A stretch of DNA of 64,000 nucleotides from contig OZ316897.1 of NCBI GenBank assembly GCA_973895155.1, forward strand, positions 2,433,416 through 2,497,415, given 5' to 3'. Under the pieces are notes generated by a model. It was not told the origin of the DNA. It searched no databases and saw only the letters and a program-made list of their open reading frames with translations. Within the stretch, counting starts at the first letter, position 1, and each line of letters opens with the position of its first letter. Of the stretch, positions 24,661-35,100 are shown one piece after another. Both the position numbers and the translations under genes were made by a program. Source of the stretch: Marsupella aquatica (lineage: Eukaryota > Plantae > Marchantiophyta).

Positions 24661-25379
24661 GTCTATTTGGCAAGTCCAAACTGGGGTTTGGGTAGAGTAC
24701 ATGATTGAGCAACTAATGATGAAACCTGGCCAGATGCTGATTGTCAGATTGTTTCGTGTTTACTACATTCACTTTGCTTGACCAACAGTGGGAATAGATG
24801 ACACAAAGAAGAGTGGTTATCCGTGAATCAATTCACTTTTCCCAGAAAGACATGGACCCTGACTCGAGATGACTTGTGCAAAGTCCCAATTCACTGCTTG
24901 CGATATATAGCGAACCATCACATCTTCTTTCACCTATAATATAAATTCCTCCTCTTCCGATAACGCACGAAATGGCCTGGAATTCAAGTACCACCATCGA
25001 CTTTCTATAGTTTCAAGCAATCCAAGAATCAGATAGGACCTTGTGTTTGAGACAATGTTTTCAATTAAAGTCAAGATCTGGTTTGTATTCCTAAATTGAA
25101 TGAAAAGGTCACACATTAATGGCACCAATCGCACGCCTCCCAAGGCCTTGTGATTGAACAATTACGGTGCGTCACAGCGAAGCAGCAAAACCGTAGGACT
25201 GCGTATCAGTGAACAGGCAATCGAAAAAGGGAGTGTAACTATACTAAGAACAAAAAATCATGAACGCAACACTCTCGACTGGTACTCAAGTCCTAGACTG
25301 TAAATCGTGTCCAGAGGATTTGATCACCAGTAAGTTGTTACTCATGCGTGGTGAAGGGTGTGAAGGGTGACAACCTCAG

Positions 25380-28300
25380 CTAGGGCGAGTCATCAGAGAA
25401 AAGTTCAGTCCTCTCATTAATGGGACGAACATGATCTTCTTCGCACATTGAGAGATGTGACCTACAAGTAGTATTAGCGTTTCTGTTCCTGTGTCTCGAT
25501 AATATATAAAGCCATTCAGTTCAGGCCCAATCTACATTATCATTGACGCTCAACAGCAGCAATGTAATTTCCGACGATACTCCACGAGTACACTGGACAT
25601 GGAGAATGGGCACAAAGTGCAACCCATTGATATTTCGGGTAGTAATATTCGCAAACTGATTTTCACATTTCTTGCATACCATGAGGGCCCTTCACTCCTG
25701 CGCATATCTTGGGCCATAGGCGCCACTACAAGATGGCATGCTAGAGGGAATTTGCCATGTGGTGCGTCATGTTTACTTTCCAAAATACACCTTTCCACTT
25801 ATGTACTTGCTCCGTTGGTACTGCTGCGTAATGATGTTAGAACTTGCAAGTTGCTTGGCCCTCGGTGATGGGCAATGTAGGGGTATAGGTTGCTCTTTAA
25901 AGACTTGTAAAACATACTCCTCTGCACTGATTAAAGGCGGTTCAGTCATTAACGCAAGGCACAGATTGGACCAGGATAGCATAGTGGTGCCAGGAATGTG
26001 GTTGGGCATGGTGATTCACCTGAAACTGAACCCTGTGCACAAGGGCCTAATTCCCCGTATGACTATAAAACTTTAGCCAAGTCTCATTTCTACCCCAGTT
26101 TGAAAATCTCACCCCCACGTAGTGCGACAGCTCTTCGCGTCCAAATTTCTGCACACGACCGGAAATTCTTAAAGTTCCAAGTCTACCATTCAATAAATGT
26201 TTATCTCCGTGAGCAGAGAGCACCGAAGTAGCTTATTCGTGAATTTGCAGACTTCAAGTACAGGCAAAGCTTGAACTGGCCAAGGGATACCTCCATGATA
26301 CGTCTCGATAAAAAACTGCAAAGTTCACAGTTCAATAGCAAAAGAAAAAGGGGAAAATGTGAGGATTTTAGTTGTCACACCTGTAACAAGTAACGAAGAT
26401 CACTCCGATTGTCTCTTAGACAACTTGTCTGTGATGGAATAAACAAAGTGCCTGCTCTGAGAGCATCGTTCCATACCATGTCCTCCAAATCAGACCGATT
26501 TATTGTACTTTCAATCAAGCCTCTTTCGAGGATGAGTTTATCGCACATGTAAGCCCGGATGGCAGCTGCAGCAACGTCGATGTCACTCCACTGACCTTTC
26601 TGAAAGTCCACTTTTGGATTAATAGAAGAATTGAAATATAAAGCGCTTTTGAAAATACGTCAGCCAAAACTTCAAGTCGAGCATGAAAAAAAACGAACTC
26701 GACGACGTCTGTATGTCAATCAGCCAGACCCATTGTTCCAAACTACAAAATGGCTGAAACCAGGATCTGACCCCGTATTTTCTGGGTCGTATGTCCATCA
26801 TATCAGATACAACGTTTATGCCTCCTTGCCTCCTAAGCAAATAAGCAAGATCATGGCGCCCACGGGCCCTGAGTTCTTTAAGAGATGGAAAATGTGACCT
26901 GTAGCACCCAAGGAGATATGAGAAAACGCCAGGGTTGCAGAGAAAACCAGAAAGAAAGGCGACTGACCTTGACTGAGTCACGTGAACAGTAAACGTTTTG
27001 TGAATTCGAGCATACGATGCACAACCTATACTCTTCACAGATCTACTTAAGTAAGCCACCTATGACCAATAATAATGTGTATCGTAAGGAAGCATACTCA
27101 CATGGAGTGTTCCTCCATGAAACTTTTTATTTTCACCACAAAATTTGGATCCTTGCTCACTGGTTGTCTGCCCAGCTCTCGAGCAACCAATTTGTATCCA
27201 CCATGTCCCAATATCTGCCAAAAGAATTGAAGAGTCAAAATTCGTTGAAAAGTAATACGTCAGGGACAATCTGTGGAACCTTCTTTTAAACCACAGGAAA
27301 TCTTATTGCTAAGCCCATGCATGTCCTCTCTACTCACGTGCCTTGTTATCAACAATGCTTCAGGTGTAAACCTGCTGATGTTTTGCGCTCAAATGGATTA
27401 CAATGGCATGTCCCTCATTTCCTTCAATTTGACTACACTCTCGCAGAGCACTGAAGCTACAAAACGACATACAAAGGTTACTGCTGAGAAGCCCCTATTT
27501 TGTACTTCAGGGTAAGCTACCAAAACAGACAAAAGGCATAGGAGAAAAACGCAGGAGGAATTACTGCATGATGAAGATCATATCGTCCTGCCTCCAGTAC
27601 TTTCCGTTGACGTGGCATCACAGCCGTACCCTCATCAAAGCTATCCTGACTGACTGGTACAGGATTTGAGACACTACCAGGTGACGGCTCTCGGCTTGAC
27701 ACCTCGCCTGTAGCTTGGTTATAATAGACAGGCTCTCCTGTTACAAAGAGCCGGTAGTACTCAGTATAGGAAGGGATTTCGAACCACTCGAAGAAGTCAG
27801 TGGGAATTTTATCGCACGACACTTACACTGACAGATTTTCTTACGAGTAAAGAGCCTTGATATAAGCCTCAAGTCCTGGTCAAAAGGAGATTTCTAGAGC
27901 ACCAGGGTTTTCATATACATCCTGATTTGTTTCTGGGCACCGTATCAGAGATTTCCAGCGAGATCAATCGCTAAAATTGAGAAGGATAAGCGTGACAAAA
28001 ACAGTAAGATCCCCATACCAGTTTCTGGATCATTCGCTGTGGTCCAACTACTTGAGACAAACCATTCAATCTCTGCATCAAGATTTCTTATGTCTTCCCT
28101 GAAATCCAAGGTATAGAGTCAAGCAGGGCCAAACGCTAATAATAAAGCATGAAAAGAAACAAAAAATTCGGGTTTCACCATGCAGGAAACCGGATGATAA
28201 ACAATAAACAGTGAGATGGTGTCTTACTAAGTTACCAGAACCCATTCGGACGCCGTCGTGATCGGAGGTTCAAAGACTGAGCAACTGCGAGAAATCCACC

Positions 28301-30165
28301 AGCAGCCTGTGGAAAAGGACTTCTCAGAACTTTCAATTTAGCTGCTCATATTTGATGCAAATATCCTAGCAAACCAAGTTGTGTAGATTAAGAACATAGA
28401 TTTAGACACACAGAGAAGGTGTCCTTAGGGCATGAGCATAAATGCGTTTCAAAACTCTTCGAAACATGCTATTTTCATATATCTGCTGTAGAGAGGCAAA
28501 CTTCTCTGCCAAAGACAGTTGATTGCTAGCATTTACTGGACAGATTATGGTCCTAAAAATGTCTTAATCTGATTCCCCCTGACACAAAACTATCATGCTC
28601 ACCTTGATATCATCAACGAGGTCATGCCTTCCAGCAGCTATCAGCTGCCGCCTAGTTGGCATAAAAATTTCAAAGCGCTCTTGCTTGAATTCTCCTCTCC
28701 ACAACATTAGTTGTTTAGCATCTGTTCAATTTACATCGAGATTGGTAGAGAACGTACAAGCTCATCAGAAATTTTGTTTCTTGCAGAGCACAAACGCTCA
28801 GGATTTCAGCGAGTACTGAAACAACAATAAGGGGAGCAGTTGGCAACTTTCACAACCACAATTTTTGTGGCAAATTCATTGGGAAAAGCTGCTGTTAGTC
28901 GTCAAAAATCAGACTTGTCTCACACAGTGTAGACTCACCATCGGAGAACCTTCCATTATTGGAAGTTCTGGCACTGTCGAGGCAACCCTTAATCCCATCA
29001 ATTTGACGCCGGCAGAAGTCTAGTAATTTAGGCTCTAGCTCCCTTAAGAGTTGAGGTATCCTTGCCAACTCCAAGAGGCCCTCTGGTGGCTGACATCAAC
29101 AACCAAAACGTGTTAAAAAGCGTTCCTAGCGACCAAAATTAACGAAACACGTATAAATGAAACGCAAAGGGGAGCCAATTTAGGACCTTCTTCAATTCAC
29201 TTTCGACCACCGAAGAATGGAAAAATTTCACAAACATAACTATTACTCGCTTTGGCTAATGCTTAGCATTGGACAAACACACTAGCCTTGAGAAATCGGT
29301 GGAATATCAGGTTTAGGGTTGCACTGCAAGTGTGTAAAACTTCGCTTCAGAATATTTTGCATTCAATTTCAAGGAGCTTTCAGTGCAAATGAAATTGCCA
29401 GGTTCTCAAGAGACTGGAAGGGCGATACACAATGCAAATGACGTCAAATAAACTAGACACCATATTCAGACATTGTAATTCGACTCTCAGCGAGCGATGA
29501 ATTCCAGCAATGGAGAGATAACTAACCGTGATAAAGAGACAACTGTTCTCGACATCCACCTCTCTTACAATATCCTCCACTAGCGGAATGAGAAACTCGG
29601 GATGATCCAATTCTTCACTATCCTCTGCATCACTTTGTGATTGCTCAAGGTCTTCATTTGGTGAACCAGAGATATAAATGAGCTTCAAAACAGATTCAAA
29701 TATCTCATCACTATCTGCAGATCCAATGTGTATGACTTCGTCAACAATTCCGACCACTTCCTTCGTATCTCTCAAAAGAACCTTCCACCCATGCAGATCT
29801 AGCGAACCCGTTGCGAGGCCTGTGAGTGTAAATGTCTCAATATTAGGTCCCGACGAACATCGCGAATCCCCAGTCTTCGTGAAAAAGTATCGCGACACCC
29901 CAAGATTTGATTTGGAGCTGAAACCACAACCAGCCCGGTAATGATCGTATGCGAATTTGGGTTTCTGAAGAAAGGACCGCTCACAACAGTCGAAAGGCAA
30001 GAGCGGAAAGCCCTTTGCAGCTGCCAAAAGTTGAGACTCGAACGCGAACGCTCTAGGGGTCAGTCCGCACGCACGGCTCTTCGATCCGGTCGACACGCTC
30101 GTCCCAAACTCTGGCCATGAGTTAGTGGGTTTGAGTGGAGATGTCCCCAAACACCAATCCATCAT
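25380..30165 (-). CDS. Multi-exon gene: N-terminal transit-peptide-like region, RimM-type PRC barrel and repeated 'P-x3-L-x3-GRxDL-x6-GG' units (probably organellar); 3' end approximate
   Basis: Exon 1 (30165-~29527) encodes DLHGWKVLL...VVGIVDEVI...EFLIPLVEDIVREVDVENSCLFIT and is spliced to PPEGLLEL (~29090), the typical RimM C-terminus. Later exons encode MPTRRQLIAAGRHDLVDDIK/AAGGFLAVAQSLNLRSRRRPNGFW, DPETG/EPVYYNQATGE (WW-like), MPRQRKVLEAGRYDLHH, FPSLKELRARGRHDLAYLLRRQGG and IPSQTSCLRDNRSDLRYLL. Confidence 0.75.
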
Positions 30166-30589
30166 TCCTTCGCCAAACGATGACGGAATACGGGCTCATT
30201 CATTGAAGGCAGTGTCGTTTGGGTCCACTACCCCGTCCGACGCAGCTCTGGAAGCTGCTAGCCATTCCAAAGACCACCTTTTGCTCAGTCTGTGACGAGA
30301 GTCGTCACCGAAGTTGAGAATCAAAAACAAGAACGAGGGCTTTGGTCGCAAAGCATAAGCCCAACAATTTTCTCCACAACTGCCTCGTGTCTTTCATTTT
30401 TGAGGAAAGGCCACTACTGTAAACGGAGGGGGCAGCAAATTTCGAACTTCGGTGCTTTTATGTACAAGAATGATAATTGTGTTTTACTGAAGTGAATGTA
30501 CAAGAATGACAATTGTGCTTTACTAGGGCGTCTTAAATACGCGTTTTTGCGTCTTTTCACCGTGCCCGGGACAGTCGCGGGTTGGACGT

Positions 30590-30830
30590 CCGGTCATGAC
30601 TGGTCGGGCACCGCAGGCCTCGCCCGACCAGTCATGACCGGAAATTTGCGCCCGACCAGTCATGACCGGAAATTTGCGCCCGACCAGTCCGACCGCGCTT
30701 AACCTGACTCAGGGGTTTAGGGTTCACCTAGGGGTCACATACTGCGCGATTCAATTTACAAAAAACAGGGCACAGGTCGTTCGACGCGAGCAGGGAGTTC
30801 AGCAGGGAGTTCAGCAGGGAGTTCAGCTGC
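30590..30830. repeat. Subterminal repeats of the Harbinger element
   Basis: CGCCCGACCAGTCATGACCGGAAATTTG occurs twice plus a partial third copy and an inverted copy (CCGGTCATGACTGGTCGGGC); AGCAGGGAGTTC occurs three times. Confidence 0.8.
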
Positions 30831-31808
30831 CATAGCAAGGTGCGCATACCAGGTCCATCGCGCTCGTGGATGCTTGACGAGAGGGTTTGCGCTTTGAGTT
30901 TTTCACATCGTTCAGTCAGGTACTCCTTCGCCACTCAATTAAATATGTCTCCATGTTTTGGTTGTCGCTGCTGATTGAAGGTTGTCCATTGGTTTTTCAG
31001 CGTTCCAGGCCATGGGCGATTTCACTCCCCTCTCAGATGTGGAGGACGCTAGAGTCGCTGGGAAAATGGAGTCCTTCCCATCGTGTGTAGTCTGGGCAGC
31101 AAACTATGTGGCGAGAAATCCATTCCCACGGAAGTTCACTTATTCAGCATGTACTGAGCCCCTGGATCGAGCCTGGCCTTACTTGTAAGAAATCCTTGGA
31201 GTTTGGTAGAAAATGTGGACATTGTGCCCCTGGCGCGCCCAGGTTCTGATTTCAGATCATTCTCTTTGATGCTGTCAATGGTGGCTGCCCTCCACTCAAA
31301 GCTCTCATTTGGGACCAGGCGTCTGTGCTGCTGAATATTCACCCAACGACATTCAGTCTTTTAGATGAAGCTCAGCAAATAGTCCATGTCCAGACTACAA
31401 AAATCACCTAAGTTGTGTGTGAGCCTATCAGTAAAGGACATGGAGCTGCACATTGACCGCCTTGCCTTGGCCTTTGAAGGATCGTCTAGCAGCCCCGGTG
31501 TCTTTATAGGTAAAAGCGTGGGATATTCGCCTAGCCAGGGTACACCACAACAGTCTCAAATCCGGGAATGCACGCCCACAAAGCAAAAGAGTGCTAAAAA
31601 AACCCTTGCTGATTTTATAGAAGCTCTCAAAGACACTGACCTACAGGAGTAGATCAGTAGCATATCCATAATATGTATTGACAGACAATGTTGACTTTTT
31701 AACTCCCTCGTTTAATGCATACCTCTATCCGGATATTGGATTATTCCATTTATTGTTCGTACAATATCATGTCACTTGTATTCACTTTTGTTTATTACAT
31801 CACTCTGA

Positions 31809-33405
31809 ATGTTGTTGTGCCCCATCGCCGTTGTACCTTTTCCAGAACAGTACATCTGCCACTTTGCCTCGTGTTTCACAGCGCCAACTCAATTGAGGGC
31901 ATTTAGGCATGCACTCCAACTTGCTTTTGCTTTGGAGTCCTCAGACTCTTCATCTGAGGCAGACTCTCTTGACTTATCAGTGGGGTACTTGGAAGAAAAG
32001 GACCAGGGCAATGTTGACCTTTTATCAGGGTCAGATTTAGACCTCAATATGGAGTCCGATTCTTCTGACTCAGACAATGAAGATGGCACTGACGTACATA
32101 GTCCTACTTCCATGTTCGAGCTCTATTTTGTGTTATACAACACCAGATTTTTGGTCCCCAGGCATGTCACCACTAAGTCAGATGATTTTGCATCTCAATT
32201 CTTCCACAATTTGCCCAGTACATTGTTCAAGCAACTTACCAGAATGGACAAGAGCACCTTTTTTGGCCTGGTTGACAAAATCGAATGCCACCCCATCTTT
32301 GAGAACCACTCTAAGCATGCCCAGGCGCCAATCATTAGGCAGTTAGCAGTATGTCTATAGGCTGGGCCATGATGGCAATGGTGTTTGCATCAATCATTTG
32401 ATTCCAACCTGGGGAGTTAGTTGTGGCTCTCTTGTGAATTTTAGCAAGCGGTGCTTTGTGGCTCTAGAGGCAGTGCTTTCAAACCAAATTTCCTGGCCAG
32501 ACAGCACTCAGAGAGAAGAAAATTCAGAGGCATTTGCAGCTCTGGGCTTCCCAGGCTGTGTGGGGCTAATTGATGGTTCCCTATGCCTCTCACTCAACGT
32601 CCAAAGCTAGGCACATGGAGAATGTTATTATGATAGGAAGAGCCGGTACTCCATCAACACCCAGGTTGTATGTGACCACAGGCGGAAAATAATATTCATG
32701 TTCTCAGGTACCCTAATGCTTCTCTGTCTCTGCATCCCTCTATGCATACACCATTTGTTTCATGCTTGCAATTTACTTTACAATCCAATGCCAGTACAGT
32801 TTATAAGGGACCATTTTCCCATGTCATATGTTTCAGGAATGCCAGGGTCATGTGGTGACCTCACCTGCTTAAGGAGATCTCCCTTGTGGGAATATTGTAA
32901 CCAGGTGGGCAGGAATCCAGTGTTCCAAGAGGGGCAATATCTACTGGGCGACTCTGGGTACCAGGCTTGTCCCCATTTAGTGTGTTCCTTCAAACGGATT
33001 GACACTTCCATTAACAAGGAGGATTTCAATACCTGTGTTGCCAAGTGTCGTGTGACAAACGAACACTGCATTGGAGTTCTCAAATCTCGTTGGCATTCAC
33101 TGAAAGAGATCAGGGTGCAGCTCAATAACAAAAAAGACTATGTTTGGATGGTGAGATGGATAAGCCTCTATTGTAAATTGCATAACTATGTCATAAGTAA
33201 TAACGATGAGTGGACAGAGGATGACCAAGTGGACGACCAGGAGGAAGTAGTGGATGCAACAGAGCACCCTGAGTATGAAGGACAGCCTAGGGCTAGCAGG
33301 CGAGCAACGTCCCAGGCTGGGAATGCCTTGCTAGTGCAAGTCATGGACTATGCATTGGCTTTTCATAGACGCCCTGGGGGGTTTTTGGCAGTTGTACCCG
33401 AGTGA
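31809..33405 (+). pseudogene. Harbinger-type DDE transposase (HARBI1/DDE_Tnp_4-like), frameshifted; start uncertain
   Basis: FKQLTRMDKSTFFGLV; QLAVCL/YRLGH (frameshift ~32355); GFPGCVGLIDGS (frameshift ~32583); YYDRKSRYSINTQVVCD; intron 32708-32836 giving SGMPGSCGD; YLLGDSGY; RVTNEHCIGVLKSRW; KLHNY. Confidence 0.88.
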
Positions 33406-33694
33406 CAAATAAAGGTTGTCCCCATTTACTCTACCAAATCCCTTCTCATATCTTTTATGCTAGTTTGTGTTCCTTCCCGGTTCCTTCAAACTTCGGGCCA
33501 CTTTAGGGTTTTTCACTACGGTAATACATGTTGTTTACATTCTTCTGGCTCCATCGCTGTAGGTGTCAACTTAACGTGTGGCGTGCTTTTACATTGTCGA
33601 CCATTCCAGCCTGATCGATTATCGTTTGGCGAGACTGAACAATGCAGAATTAGAAGATTTGGCTTGTAGGGAGGGGGGTGACAGATGCCTTGGT

Positions 33695-34054
33695 TGTCAT
33701 GCCGAGGGACAGTGCCTCTTATGCACATCGGCATGTCCCTCGCCTGCCCGCTAGGTATGTAGTTAGGGCTAATGTACTACCTGAGTTAGCGACATGTTCT
33801 TGTAGCAAGTCTGGGCCGTTCTTGAAGCAAATGTGCTTGTTAGTGTGACGCCAGGACTTTGCTTGCTTAGGGCATGTCTTTCTTTGTCGATTTTTCAGTT
33901 CTTCTTGAATCGCTGTTGACAGAGCTCAGACAGTGCTCGTCGGTTCTGTACACGGGATTCACACAGTGATTCGTTAGATGCTCCCGGCCGATCTTGGCAT
34001 CCTGCCGGTTTTCGATTCGATTTCAGTACAATTGTTTCTCTCACGCCTTTTATT
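33695..34054 (+). repeat. Direct repeat A1 (360 bp)
   Basis: Colinear with A2 (43116-43475); about 10 substitutions by manual comparison. Confidence 0.95.
33895..33907 (+). promoter_or_regulatory. Predicted initiator/TSS (A33897) and 11-nt self-primer
   Basis: TCAGTT matches the Inr consensus. AGTTCTTCTTG (33897-33907) is the exact complement of the 11 nt that immediately follow A1. Confidence 0.7.
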
Positions 34055-34065
34055 CAAGAAGAACT
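34055..34065 (+). promoter_or_regulatory. Self-priming primer-binding site (Tf1-type; not a tRNA PBS)
   Basis: CAAGAAGAACT begins on the first base after A1 and pairs with 33897-33907. There is no TGG tRNA-type PBS. CTCTGTC (34064-34070) can also pair with GACAGAG (33918-33924). Confidence 0.78.
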
Positions 34066-34559
34066 CTGTCGCCAGGTTAGCGGTGAAGGGAAGAAGATCG
34101 GAGACGTTGTGCTTCTCAATTGCTCGAGACAATTGATGCTTTTCCGCTGATGCCGGTGCAATTTTTATGGAAAAACGTTGAGCGATGGGGTGGAAGTTAT
34201 GGCTTTGTGTATACACTTAAGTATATACACTTAAGTCAAACAGGTTCCCCCCCTCACTCTTTTCCTTCGCGCTTTGCTTTCAGGGTTTTCCGTTTCCGGC
34301 CGCTGCCAACTGCTGCTTCAACGCCTGCCACGACCCTTTTTCGGGCCATTTTTTTCGGTGTTTCTTTTGCCGGCCACGGCTGCCATCCTGCCTCGGCCGT
34401 AGCGCGACCATCTCCCCGCTGCCTCGACTACCGCGCGATCACCTCCGGCTGCCTCAGCCACCTCGCGAATACCTTCCGAGTGCATAGGGCCGCGCGCCCG
34501 TTTCTTCGCCTTATGTTTTAACGACTCTTTGGAGGGGCAGCGAACACAAGCCAGGAGCC

Positions 34560-35100
34560 GAGAGGAGAAGGCACAGAGGCCTATGCAGAATTAAAGAGGG
34601 AGGGGAGTTCACATTGACTCCCCTCGGGAGTCCTGCCAAGCACAAGGAGAGGAGGGGAAGCGCAAGGAGGGCACGAGGCCCTAGGCAACTTTAAAGCAGA
34701 GGGGGAGGGGGAGTACATTCCACTCCCTCTCTCGGGAGTCGTCCTGCAGGGCACAGAGCCCACTTTCAGCAGCATTAAACAGGGAGTGAGAGTGCCAGGA
34801 GAGGGCACGAGGCCCTAAGCAGCATTAAAGCAGGGGGAGGGCAACCAAGCATCAGCGACAGCAAGGAGGAGGGGGAGTTGAAGCACAAGGAGGGCACGAG
34901 GCCCTATGGAGAATTAATGGAGGGGGAGTACATACGACTCCTTCCCTCAGGAGTCTCCTGCAGGGCACGGAGCCCATTTTCAGCCTTAAGGAGGGGAGGG
35001 GAAGCGAGGCAGCATTAAAGGAGAGGAGGGGGGAGTTCGTAACCCCTTTTCGGGAGCTCCTAAGGAGGGGGCGCGAAGCCCTATGCAGGGCTCATGCCAT
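34560..35100 (+). repeat. Degenerate purine-rich tandem repeats in the retroelement 5' leader
   Basis: Recurring blocks GGGCACGAGGCCCTA, GCA(G)CATTAAAG, GGAGGGGGAGT and CTCGGGAGTC. Confidence 0.75.

Noticed and set aside
23861-24712. Pro/Gly/Arg-rich ORFs on both strands
   Set aside because: These are by-products of stop-free GC-rich low-complexity DNA, with no domain content.
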